Assembly (NCBI GenBank): GCA_965279035.1
Contig: OZ257142.1
Coordinates: forward strand, 1,856,001 to 1,920,000
Origin: Bacteroidia bacterium
GTDB lineage: Bacteria; Bacteroidota; Bacteroidia; M30B66
DNA length: 64,000 nt
Direction of reading: 5' to 3'
Part shown: positions 30,183 to 39,824 of the stretch, one piece after another
How the letters are laid out: each line of letters opens with the position of its first letter
How positions within the stretch are numbered: the first letter of the stretch is position 1
Notes under the pieces: model-generated
Told to the model about the DNA's origin: nothing
The model's database searches: none
What the model saw: only the letters and a program-made list of their open reading frames with translations
Translations under genes and position numbers: made by a program

Positions 30183-30869
30183 TTAACCTAAATGTTTCAA
30201 TGCTTCTCGCCGACTTAGGTTAGAAATTGGGTTGTTTTCGACGAATAAAACGACTTTTTTGGGGAATGATTTAGCCAATTCTCTTAAAGACCAACCGATC
30301 GCTTTGCGAATAAAAAACTTTTTTTCGTTCATTCGATTTTGAATCAATTGAAATTGAAGTTCGATGTTGGTTTCTTTCTTATACTTCAATTGAATTAAAA
30401 TGCTGGCGCGCTGTAGCCAGAAGTTGGAATTGTAATTCCATCTCAATGCAGTTGGAGATAGAAGCTCAGGATATTTTTGACAGACCGATGCAGTTAAAAC
30501 AGGACTAATAAAATCAATTGTATCCCACCAGGAATGTTTAAGCATCAATTCTTCAAATAATACTAAGTGGTGTTCATTGAACTGTTTTCGTTGATGGAAG
30601 AGGCATTCCATAGCGAAGTAATGATATTCCCGAATAGGTAAATCCCAAAGCATTGGAACTAATTCTTCGCAGGTTTCTAGTGTTGGTTTGTTGAATTGAT
30701 TGAATAATGAACGCGTTAATTCTGCACGTATCGGTTTCTGAATTCCAAGATATTGAAATTGATATTTCATATACGCCTCCATTGCAGAAGCTTTATCTGT
30801 ATTGGCTGCTTTTTGAAAGGCGATTTGAACTTTTTCAAACCATTCATGAGCCGAAAGTGTCGATTTCAT
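30183..30869 (-). CDS. DNA alkylation repair protein (AlkD-like HEAT-repeat glycosylase)
   Basis: MEAYMK, SWWDTID, FFIRKAIGWSLRE, LSRREALK. Confidence 0.88.
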   Translation of the reverse strand: MKSTLSAHEWFEKVQIAFQKAANTDKASAMEAYMKYQFQYLGIQKPIRAELTRSLFNQFNKPTLETCEELVPMLWDLPIREYHYFAMECLFHQRKQFNEHHLVLFEELMLKHSWWDTIDFISPVLTASVCQKYPELLSPTALRWNYNSNFWLQRASILIQLKYKKETNIELQFQLIQNRMNEKKFFIRKAIGWSLRELAKSFPKKVVLFVENNPISNLSRREALKHLG

Positions 30870-30894
30870 CTTGCCAATATAAATCCCTTTTAAC

Positions 30895-30931
30895 AAAAAA
30901 AAGACGCAAAGAATTTCTTCGATGCGCCTTT
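30895..30931 (-). terminator. Intrinsic terminator after the pirin-YceI operon
   Basis: Minus strand AAAGGCGCA...TGCGTCTTTTTTTT. Confidence 0.7.
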
Positions 30932-30946
30932 CTATGGGTTGGGTTT

Positions 30947-31477
30947 TTATTGTTTAACGTATTGTATTTCTGCTGCAATTCGAACATCTTCACTAACTAA
31001 TACACCACCAGTTTCGGTAGCTGCATTCCATGTTAAGCCAAAATCTTTTCGGTTAATACTACCCGAAACAGTAAATCCTGCTTTTAGATTTCCCCATGGA
31101 TCTTTGGCAATACCTCCTAACTCAGCTTTTAAACTTACTGATTTAGTTACATCACGTATAGTAAGATCGCCGTGAATAGTGAATTCTTCCTCATTTTTCT
31201 TCTCAATCGAAGTCGATTCAAATGTCATGTACGGAAATTTCTCAGCACTGAAAAAGTCATCCGATTTTAGATGAGCATCACGTTGCTCATTTCCAGTATT
31301 GATAGTATTTAACGCAGCTTTTAAACTGATTTTAGCTGTCGAAAAATCATTTTCTTCGGTTGTAACTTCACTTTCAAATTGACCGAAACTGCCTGTTACA
31401 GTTGTGATCATTAAGTGTTTTACTTTAAACTGCAATTCACTGTGTGTTGGGTCGAGCACCCATTTTGTTGAACTCAT
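30947..31477 (-). CDS. YceI family polyisoprenoid-binding protein
   Basis: WVLDPTHSELQFKVKHLM, RDAHLKSDDFF, INRKDFGLTWN. Confidence 0.95.
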   Translation of the reverse strand: MSSTKWVLDPTHSELQFKVKHLMITTVTGSFGQFESEVTTEENDFSTAKISLKAALNTINTGNEQRDAHLKSDDFFSAEKFPYMTFESTSIEKKNEEEFTIHGDLTIRDVTKSVSLKAELGGIAKDPWGNLKAGFTVSGSINRKDFGLTWNAATETGGVLVSEDVRIAAEIQYVKQ

Positions 31478-31502
31478 GATTGATTGGGTTTATGTGTATT
31501 TA

Positions 31503-32366
31503 TTAAAGATTCATTGGAACTTCCATGACCAAAATTTCGGATTTTTCGAGCGTCTCAAATTGTAAGGAATCTGTTTCCCAAACACCCATTCCATCACGTT
31601 TATTAAGCACATTTCCATTGATACTCAAACTACCTTCTAACACAAAAACATAGATTCCGTTTCCTTGTTTCTTAAGTTGATAGCTAGTTTTAAATCCCGA
31701 GTCAAAACTGCCTAGATGAAACCAAGCATCTTGATAAATCCAAACACCTTCATCCTCCGCATTGGGAGAAAGAATTTGTTGAAGTTGATTGTGTCGATTT
31801 GATTTTGGAAAATGGAGTTGATCATATCTCGGTTTTACATCCCGTTTATTTGGATACACCCAGATTTGAAGAAAATTCACCAGCTTTTCTGTATTGCGGT
31901 TATACTCTGAATGAGTAATTCCCGATCCAGCACTCATCACTTGAACATCATTTTCTTTGATCACTTGCACATTACCCATGCTGTCTTTGTGTTCCAAATC
32001 GCCCGATAATGGAATGGAAATAATTTCCATGTTATCGTGTGGATGTGTTCCAAACCCTTTTCCTCCTGATACGATATCATCATTCAACACGCGTAACACT
32101 CCAAAGTTCATTCGCTCTGGATTATAATACTGTGCAAAACTGAAGGTATGATGTGTGTCGAGCCAGCCATGATCTGCATGTCCACGTGTACTTGCTCTAT
32201 GAATCACTGTATTTTTCATGATAATGTGATTTTCAATTGGCAAATGATTGAAGCCAATGTCTTTGGATTGATTATTCAAATTGTTTTTTTCACTTTTCAA
32301 AATGCCCATACTATTGAAAAGTGCAGTTCCTAATAAACTCTTTCGAAGGAAATCTTTTCGATTCAT
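31503..32366 (-). CDS. Pirin family protein (YhhW-like) with N-terminal extension
   Basis: RGHADHGWL, FGTHPHDNMEI, MSAGSGITHSE, FLQIW; -7 TACATTTG at 32390-97 (minus). Confidence 0.93.
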   Translation of the reverse strand: MNRKDFLRKSLLGTALFNSMGILKSEKNNLNNQSKDIGFNHLPIENHIIMKNTVIHRASTRGHADHGWLDTHHTFSFAQYYNPERMNFGVLRVLNDDIVSGGKGFGTHPHDNMEIISIPLSGDLEHKDSMGNVQVIKENDVQVMSAGSGITHSEYNRNTEKLVNFLQIWVYPNKRDVKPRYDQLHFPKSNRHNQLQQILSPNAEDEGVWIYQDAWFHLGSFDSGFKTSYQLKKQGNGIYVFVLEGSLSINGNVLNKRDGMGVWETDSLQFETLEKSEILVMEVPMNL

Positions 32367-32501
32367 TTTGAAATTGATTGTATGTACAGCAAATGTATGA
32401 ACATTTAATTAATTACGGTAAATTGAATGCTAAAATTATGTTAGAATTTTTCAAAGCATTGTTAGTAAGGGAAATAGGGATTTGGCAAATTGATTAATGC
32501 A

Positions 32502-35252
32502 TTATCGCATCAATAATATGGAGCCGTAAAGATGATAAGGTTTGCTTTGTTTATCTCGGGCGTTGAGATTGTATAAATACACACCATCAGGCACCATTTT
32601 ACCAGAACTCATTGTTCCGTTCCAGCTACCGTCGGGACTTGTAATTACATAGATTTCTTCACCCCAACGATCAAATATTCGAAGATTTAATTGTGTGATA
32701 TGATATCCTACAATTTGAAAAACATCATTAACATGATCTCCATTGGGAGTAAAGCTATTAGGAACAAAAAGTTCGGGCTTTAATTCTACGAGAATTGTAT
32801 GTGTTACAGTATCGATACAACCTGATTGATTGCTGCAAACATGATGAATAACTTGCTCCGATTCTTCATTAAACGTAAGAGTTGAATTATCGGGTAAGGT
32901 GATTTCAGTTCCATTGAGAAACCAAGAACACTCATCGCTTTCATTTCCTAATGGAACCAGCGTAACATCCATTGGAAGAAGTCCCGTTTCTGGTATTTCC
33001 ATATTGAAAGATGCATTAACGGATATATCTTCTACAGTAACAGTATCTGTATCCGTATTGCAAAATCCAACATGGGTTAATATATAAACTCCTGCTTGTG
33101 TAATGTTTATGGATTGTTGAGTAGATCCAGTAGACCAATGATTACCTGTTGTTGAAGCAGACTGCAATTGCACAACTTTCGGTAGACAAGCTTTAATTAT
33201 AGGATTTCCTAAAATTTCAGCAGTAACTAATCCTTCAGCTATAAAATTTGTAGATGAGGGAGAGCTTATACAGCCATTGTTTTCAGCAGTTACATAATAA
33301 GAACTAGTGGTTGAAGAACTTACTTGATATGTCAATCCATTACCAATCACATTGCTTAATGCAACATCCGAATACCAAGTGATGATTGGTGCATCTGAAA
33401 TTGCCGTAATGACTGGTAGTTGAGTTCCAGCACACCATTGAACTTGAGCTGGTAATGTTGGAGGAACTGGGGTTTGATTTTGTGTAATTACAAAACTTGA
33501 ACTTGTCGATTGGCAACCATTTATTCCTTGAACAGCATAATACGTTGCAGAGCCTGATGGTGGTGTGAATGAATTCCCTGTTCCAACCTGAACATTTAAT
33601 GCGGCATCACTATACCAAGTTACTGAATAACCAACCGAGGCAGTTGTTGTAATTGGAGTGATAGCAGTTCCATTACAAAAAGCATGAGTGCCATTCAGCA
33701 CTAAGGCCGAAGGCTGAGCAACAACCGTAATATCATGGGTTGCTGTGGCTGAACAGCCTGTTGTTCCTACAGTATATGTGATCGATTGTGCTCCATTTAA
33801 TCCGGTTGGGTTGAAGGTATTACCACTTACTCCTGTTCCTGTCCAAATACCACCCGAAGTGCCAGTTAATAAGGTATTTAGATTTAAACTTGGGGAAGAT
33901 GAGCACACATTCGTTGCTGTCCAACTGGCATCAGCTGTAGCGATAACATTGATTGTATGACTCTGAGTAACTACACAATTCCCTGAACCAACAGTATAGG
34001 TAATTGTTTGATTTCCATTCAATCCACTTGGAGAAAACGTATTTCCTGTAACACCATTACCAGTCCATGTTCCACCACTCGTTCCAGTAATTAAATTGTT
34101 GAGGTTAATTGAGGGATCGCTTGCACACATTGAAGATGGATTCAAGGTCCAATCAGCATTGGCACTTGCAACTACAGTCATGTTTTGAGTACTCGAAGCC
34201 AAGCAGGCTCCTGATCCAACAGAATACGTAATAGCAATGGCTCCGTTTAATCCTGAAGGATCGAAGGTATTTCCTGTAGCTCCTGTTCCCGTCCACGTTC
34301 CGCCGGTAGTTCCTGTGATTAAAGTGTTGAGGTTAATTGTTCCTCCTCCTGAACAAACCGATTGAGGAGTCCAGGTTGCATTTCCACCACTTGTAATAGT
34401 GATGGTTTCAGTTTCACTTACAGCATTGGCACAATTGGGTGAGAATGTATAGGTTATATCCACATCGCCCGATAATCCGGAAGGAGAAAAAAGATGTCCT
34501 GTAACTCCTGGTCCTGTCCAAGATCCTCCTGGAGTTCCAGTAACCAATGTATTTAAATCAATACTTGCTGCACCTGAACACATGGGAGCAGGTGGTGTCC
34601 AACTAGGATCATACACGTTGAAAGGTGCATTACAGCCGTTGTTTGAATATGTGGTAACACCGTTTTCATCGAAATTAGCTAAAGCACCATCTCCACCAAC
34701 CAATTGAGAACCGAAGTAGGAAACGGTTTGAGTACAACCAGCTGGACTACTAAAAGTCATGGTGAAATATCGGATTGTGCTTGCTGTATTTGAAAAATTT
34801 CCCCCTGAAAATGTGGAACAATGAAAAATCACATACAGTGTATCCGAAAGTCCAGCAAATGTGGTTGTTGTTGGATCGAAATTAATTCCTGTAATAAGTA
34901 ATACTTTAGAATTTGCGGGTAAAATGCCACCAGTAGGTTCTTTTAAAAATCCGCAATTCTGAATAGTAGCATTCATTTGCGCTACTTTGTTTGCAGTAGC
35001 TGCATTTTGACATATTCCCGACCATGTATTAGACGTCGTTGCCCAAGAAACAGAAAGGGAAGAAGTTGTTAATGGTGATGGTCCTACAAGAAATCGGACA
35101 ATTTCATTCTGCCCTTCTTGAGCACTTGGCCCACATGCATCAGCTTGAATAGCTTGAATACGAAAGCACGAATTGGTTGTCTGTGCCTGCAATGAACAGG
35201 ACAGAAATAGGATGAACAATGAACAGAAAATAATCAGAGGCTGCTTCCTCAT
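32502..35252 (-). CDS. T9SS type B CTD (gliding motility-associated C-terminal domain) repeat protein
   Basis: FVPNSFTPNGDHVNDVF...IFDRWG...WNG...GVY...LMR; Cys-rich N-domain; Ig-like repeats. Confidence 0.9.
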   Translation of the reverse strand: MRKQPLIIFCSLFILFLSCSLQAQTTNSCFRIQAIQADACGPSAQEGQNEIVRFLVGPSPLTTSSLSVSWATTSNTWSGICQNAATANKVAQMNATIQNCGFLKEPTGGILPANSKVLLITGINFDPTTTTFAGLSDTLYVIFHCSTFSGGNFSNTASTIRYFTMTFSSPAGCTQTVSYFGSQLVGGDGALANFDENGVTTYSNNGCNAPFNVYDPSWTPPAPMCSGAASIDLNTLVTGTPGGSWTGPGVTGHLFSPSGLSGDVDITYTFSPNCANAVSETETITITSGGNATWTPQSVCSGGGTINLNTLITGTTGGTWTGTGATGNTFDPSGLNGAIAITYSVGSGACLASSTQNMTVVASANADWTLNPSSMCASDPSINLNNLITGTSGGTWTGNGVTGNTFSPSGLNGNQTITYTVGSGNCVVTQSHTINVIATADASWTATNVCSSSPSLNLNTLLTGTSGGIWTGTGVSGNTFNPTGLNGAQSITYTVGTTGCSATATHDITVVAQPSALVLNGTHAFCNGTAITPITTTASVGYSVTWYSDAALNVQVGTGNSFTPPSGSATYYAVQGINGCQSTSSSFVITQNQTPVPPTLPAQVQWCAGTQLPVITAISDAPIITWYSDVALSNVIGNGLTYQVSSSTTSSYYVTAENNGCISSPSSTNFIAEGLVTAEILGNPIIKACLPKVVQLQSASTTGNHWSTGSTQQSINITQAGVYILTHVGFCNTDTDTVTVEDISVNASFNMEIPETGLLPMDVTLVPLGNESDECSWFLNGTEITLPDNSTLTFNEESEQVIHHVCSNQSGCIDTVTHTILVELKPELFVPNSFTPNGDHVNDVFQIVGYHITQLNLRIFDRWGEEIYVITSPDGSWNGTMSSGKMVPDGVYLYNLNARDKQSKPYHLYGSILLMR
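33720..34605 (-). repeat. Four tandem ~73-aa intragenic repeats (approximate bounds)
   Basis: Units C....INLN.L.TGT.GG.WTG.G.TGN.F.PSGL.G...ITY.VG. Confidence 0.8.
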
Positions 35253-35351
35253 TATCTAAAAACGGAACCCTACAAAGTTACACTAGAACCTGAATTTTCC
35301 GTCTTATTATATTGTACTTCGAATGTTAACAATTTGTTCTGTAATCAAGCA

Positions 35352-37511
35352 TCATTGCGCCTTAATAAAACGCGCATTCATATTGCCTGAAGCGCTTCGA
35401 ATGCTTAAGATAAATGATCCTGTTGGAAGGTTTGAAGTATCAATTGTCCAACTCTTTCCTGTCATGATGGTTTTGGTAGAAGTTTCAACCAATCGACCTT
35501 GAAGATCAAACACTTGAACCAAGCATTGTCCATGAATTGCTTCTCCAGTTTTTACAATGTTTAGCTTTTCGTTTGCTGGATTGGGATATACCGAAAGTCC
35601 ATTTTCGAAATCCATTCCGTTTGTTAATCCAAGTGGAGGAATGCTGTCGGAGTTCGGAGCACCTGGTGTTGGATAAAACAACAATTTCCAATTATCAGCA
35701 CCATCTAAATAGCGTCCAAATGTTTTTCCTTCACTCATTGCAGGATATTGCGCTCCATCAATGAGTGTTTCTCCATCAGGAGCAAAAATTCCAACAAAAC
35801 CTCCAGTTTCGGATAAAGTAAAATTCAAATGCAGAGGTCCTTGAACTGTATTTTGATCAGCCCACAAAATCTTAAATGAACCAGGCTCCATCGTCATTTG
35901 AGCCGTAATTTGAGGAAACTGAAACTTGGTTGGATTGCTAATTAAATCTGTGATATAATATCCAGAAAGGTTGACTGTTTGAGTATCTGCATTGTAAATC
36001 TCTATCCAATCGTCCAATTGTCCATTCGGATCGGGGTAATTTGTATTAAATGCATTGAGCTCATTAAGGTAAATCAAAGGAGGAACGTAGCTTGGAATAT
36101 TGTCATTGTCTTTAATCACAATAACAACAGTACTTGTATCTCCAATTTGCAATCCGTTTGACACTTGAATTATCGTAAATGTCACATATTCGTCGGGTTC
36201 AATTTGAGTATCGTTATACGGTGTTACGAGAAAGTCGAGTAGGGGATTTCCAGCTTCTGTTTGTAGTAATAATTGACCATTACTAACAGCTGGTGTTGCG
36301 AAATAATCGTTAAATACACCGGCTCCATTGTTTGCTCCAATAAAAATGAAATAAGATGATGATGGAGTTGGACTGATATTCATTGAAACAGGAACACCAG
36401 CTTGACCTTCGGTGATAGTTAATGTATCTGTCGAAAAATTGATTCTCGAAAAGTTCTGATCAGTACTGATTAATGTTACAGCAATGGCATCTTCGGTTCC
36501 TACGGTTAATCCTCCCGATAAAGCACCAATGACGAAAGTTACGGTTTCATTCGTTTCGGGTAAACCATCTGCCAAGGCTTGAAAAGTAAACGAAGCTGTG
36601 GTTGCGTTTGCTGGGATATCGATGGTTATTGTTCCTGAAATATTGGGTGGATTAGTATTGTAATCACTTGCTGTTATACCAGGAAATTCGAGCACATTGA
36701 GAACCACACTTTGAGGTGAAATTTGAGGTGAACTTATGTCGAGTGTGATGGTTGCTAGTGATCCTCCTTCGATAACACTGGTGCTCGTTTGAGCAAATTC
36801 GATGCTTGAGGCAAATGGTTGAGATGTACTTGAATTCCAGTTTGGCCAAGAACTAACCTGAGCTGGTTGTCCATTATCGAGAAACCAATAATTGATGTTG
36901 TAAATAATGGAAAGCATTTCAGGACCTGTCACATTCAAAGGCGAAATAGATAAATATCCATTATCGATATTGATGGTTGTTATATCCATGAATGCCAATG
37001 CGGTTTGTCCATTTACTAATGGAGCAGGTAAACAGGTACGAAATTCAAAATAGGGAATAGAGTCGCAAGTTGGACGCCATGTATTATTGCTTATTCCGGC
37101 AATGAAAGATGGTTGAGTTGATATTCCAGTATAAGCTAATATTTGTTCTCCTTGTCCCAGCGAATACCAAATTCTACCAGTTGCTGTTCCAGGACCAGTA
37201 ACAGTCATCCCACTTCCATTATCTTGAAGTTGAAAAATAGTTCCAACGGGTAATGCTGAATCAGGACTAGTCCAAACAACTGTTTGTTCGTTGCTGAGCA
37301 AATGAGCGCCTGTCCATTTATTATCAGTGAAACTGATTTGAGTTGCAGGAGGAAGAACTTCGGTAGTTACTAGTGCAAATGCCATTTGAGCATCACCTTG
37401 ATAACCAATAAATGCAACAGCTCCCGGAGAAAGTGTTTGAGCTTTCATTGAAACTCCCAACATGAAGCAATAGAAAACGATGAGCGTAGTAATACGATTT
37501 TTCATGCGCAT
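35352..37511 (-). CDS. T9SS cargo paralog 1: FTDN domain + 2 Calx-beta-like + lamin tail domain + CTD
   Basis: GAVAFIG..ISFTDNKW; YLNELNAFN..DDWIEIYN..LHLNFTLS..TPGAPN LTD; VYPNPA CTD; -7 TACATTTG at 37531-38. Confidence 0.85.
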   Translation of the reverse strand: MRMKNRITTLIVFYCFMLGVSMKAQTLSPGAVAFIGYQGDAQMAFALVTTEVLPPATQISFTDNKWTGAHLLSNEQTVVWTSPDSALPVGTIFQLQDNGSGMTVTGPGTATGRIWYSLGQGEQILAYTGISTQPSFIAGISNNTWRPTCDSIPYFEFRTCLPAPLVNGQTALAFMDITTINIDNGYLSISPLNVTGPEMLSIIYNINYWFLDNGQPAQVSSWPNWNSSTSQPFASSIEFAQTSTSVIEGGSLATITLDISSPQISPQSVVLNVLEFPGITASDYNTNPPNISGTITIDIPANATTASFTFQALADGLPETNETVTFVIGALSGGLTVGTEDAIAVTLISTDQNFSRINFSTDTLTITEGQAGVPVSMNISPTPSSSYFIFIGANNGAGVFNDYFATPAVSNGQLLLQTEAGNPLLDFLVTPYNDTQIEPDEYVTFTIIQVSNGLQIGDTSTVVIVIKDNDNIPSYVPPLIYLNELNAFNTNYPDPNGQLDDWIEIYNADTQTVNLSGYYITDLISNPTKFQFPQITAQMTMEPGSFKILWADQNTVQGPLHLNFTLSETGGFVGIFAPDGETLIDGAQYPAMSEGKTFGRYLDGADNWKLLFYPTPGAPNSDSIPPLGLTNGMDFENGLSVYPNPANEKLNIVKTGEAIHGQCLVQVFDLQGRLVETSTKTIMTGKSWTIDTSNLPTGSFILSIRSASGNMNARFIKAQ

Positions 37512-37588
37512 GAAATTCTGTTTCTAAAAACAAATGTACGTCAAAAAGCCTGTAGGGTTGCTTTTCAATTCATTAGGATGGATTCCAT

Positions 37589-37623
37589 AAAAAAACGGCC
37601 TGCTCAAATCGAACAGACCGTTT
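37589..37623 (-). terminator. Intrinsic terminator
   Basis: Minus strand AAACGGTCTGTTC-gattt-GAGCAGGCCGTTTTTTT. Confidence 0.85.
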
Positions 37624-37641
37624 CAAAGTTCATTGAAGAAC

Positions 37642-39768
37642 TTAATGTTTTACAATCAACTTTTTATAAGTACGATCTTTTCCAGAACCAACACGAACAA
37701 GGTAAACTCCCGATGCAAAATTGCTTGTATTGATTTGCAATTGTGTTGAGTTTTGAGGAATAAGTTGATTTAGAATTTGACGACCATTTATATCAAACAC
37801 ATGAATTTGGGAATTTGTAAGTGAGCTTGATAATGAAACTTGAACAAATTCATTTGCTGGATTGGGAAAAAGATTGAATTCAAAAGCAGAAACCGTTTTG
37901 ATTCCAGATGTTGCATTGGAAGCTCCCGGTGTAGTAAAACCGTCTTCGAAAACAGTTAATTCACCATCTACTTCGCTATCATATCCATACGATTGATTTG
38001 GACCTAATTGTTCATAGGTTAAAGAATCAATCAAATCTCCATTTCCAGCATACAATCCAACATATTCTCCTGCTGGAGATAAGGTGAAATTCGTATGCAG
38101 TGGACCTTGAGCAATCGTATTATCAGCCCAAACCAATTTGAAACCACCAGCATTTATTACTGTACTTGCTGATCCTGTAGGAAACTGATATTTATTGGTT
38201 ACAGTTATATCATCAGTAATAAACAATCCTGCTAAATCGGCTGGTGTAGAAGCAGCGTTATAAATCTCAATCCAGTCATCAAATTCGCCATTCTCATCGG
38301 CTATTGTGCCTGTATTGGAAGCCATCACTTCGTTGATGTATAAATCACTTACAACAGGTGCAGCATCATTATCTAATACTGTAATGGTTTGAGTTGCATT
38401 TAAACCAGCTTGAAGATTACTGCTAAAGGATGTCAAACTCAAATTCAAACTCTCTGGAGATTCAATGTCTGTATCATCATTCACATGAAATGTAAAACTA
38501 TAGGTAGTAATTCCGGAAGCCAATGAAACAGCAATGACTCCTGATGCTGCAGCCGGATTTGTAGTATAGTCAGCTGCACTTATTCCATTTTCTGTTAATT
38601 GAATGGAGAATGTCTGTGAACTTGAAATAGCTGGTAAAATTTCCAATTGAACAGTAATGTCTGATTGTCCTTCGGTTATTGTTTGTGTAGTTGAAGTAAA
38701 ACTCACGAAAGAAACTCCGGCAGGTTCAGTGATTTCGAAATTCAAAGTATTACCCGATCCGATAGTAATTCCTGCTGTTGAAGATGAAATCGTTAAGGTT
38801 CCAGATTCGGTTCCTTCGCTTAATCCATCTGCAATAGCAGCTAAGTTTAATGAAATAAAAGTGGAGCCGTTCGGAATTGGAATCGTAACCGAATTAGCAC
38901 TAAATGCTGGTGTAGACTGTAAATCAGCAGAACCTACAATTCCGCTTAAAGTAAGTGTAACGGTTTGTGAACCAAAACTCGCAGGGCTAATGCTAAACGT
39001 TACATTTTGTGAGGATCCTCCTTCGGAGAGACTTAAAAATCCACTTTGGAAATTAATTTCAGAAGGTGCTGGAGTGTCGAATGTAAATGTCCATGCAGGC
39101 CACATTTCAAAACCACTTAGTGTTGGATCATTATCATATTGCCAATTTTCTGGATCCATAATAACCGCTAAAATGTCGGCAACAGGTCCGCTTAGGTCGG
39201 GAGGAAAAAGGTATCCATTATCAGTACCAGTTGAATCTCCAGTGATGGCTAATGCATTGATTCCTTCTTCTAATGGTGCAGGTAAGCAAGTGAAATTAGT
39301 ATTTCCAACACCTGTTGTATTACAAACAGGAAGAAAAATATTGACACTGATAGCAGCCACAAAACTCGGACTTGCACTCGATCCTGTATAAGCTAAAATC
39401 TGATCACCACCAGTAGCCAAACCATTCAATTCGCCAGTTGCAGTTCCCGGACCGGTTACTAGTTCAATATTATGTCCTGCACCAGGAATGGTATCTTCCC
39501 GAAAAATAATGGTAGTACCGATTGGAACACCTCCTACTGGTGCAGTCCAAACAACTGTTTGCTCATTTGTAAATAAAGCAGTTCCACTCCAGCCATTATC
39601 AGTAAAACTGATAGTTGTTCCAGCTGCAATGTCTTGCAAAGTCACAATGGCAAATCCATCAGGGGCATCACATTGCATTGATAGAAATGCAATTCCCCCA
39701 GGTTGAACTTGTGAAAATGCCGTTAATGAAAAGAGGCAAATAATGAAAGAAGATAAAATTGATCTCAT
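37642..39768 (-). CDS. T9SS cargo paralog 2: FTDN domain + 2 Calx-beta-like + lamin tail domain + CTD
   Basis: Start MRSIL (39768) downstream of -7 TACATTTG (39784-91); ISFTDNGW; INEVMASN..DDWIEIYN..HTNFTLS..TPGASN; LFPNPA CTD. Confidence 0.85.
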   Translation of the reverse strand: MRSILSSFIICLFSLTAFSQVQPGGIAFLSMQCDAPDGFAIVTLQDIAAGTTISFTDNGWSGTALFTNEQTVVWTAPVGGVPIGTTIIFREDTIPGAGHNIELVTGPGTATGELNGLATGGDQILAYTGSSASPSFVAAISVNIFLPVCNTTGVGNTNFTCLPAPLEEGINALAITGDSTGTDNGYLFPPDLSGPVADILAVIMDPENWQYDNDPTLSGFEMWPAWTFTFDTPAPSEINFQSGFLSLSEGGSSQNVTFSISPASFGSQTVTLTLSGIVGSADLQSTPAFSANSVTIPIPNGSTFISLNLAAIADGLSEGTESGTLTISSSTAGITIGSGNTLNFEITEPAGVSFVSFTSTTQTITEGQSDITVQLEILPAISSSQTFSIQLTENGISAADYTTNPAAASGVIAVSLASGITTYSFTFHVNDDTDIESPESLNLSLTSFSSNLQAGLNATQTITVLDNDAAPVVSDLYINEVMASNTGTIADENGEFDDWIEIYNAASTPADLAGLFITDDITVTNKYQFPTGSASTVINAGGFKLVWADNTIAQGPLHTNFTLSPAGEYVGLYAGNGDLIDSLTYEQLGPNQSYGYDSEVDGELTVFEDGFTTPGASNATSGIKTVSAFEFNLFPNPANEFVQVSLSSSLTNSQIHVFDINGRQILNQLIPQNSTQLQINTSNFASGVYLVRVGSGKDRTYKKLIVKH

Positions 39769-39824
39769 GAATTGAAATTTGTACAAATGTAATGGATTAA
39801 TAAAAACGGGAATCCATTCTCTTT

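Noticed and set aside
33720-34605. Repeats as a CRISPR array or DGR template/variable repeats
   Set aside because: In-frame degenerate protein repeats with no constant DNA repeat/spacer pattern; no cas or reverse transcriptase gene in the window
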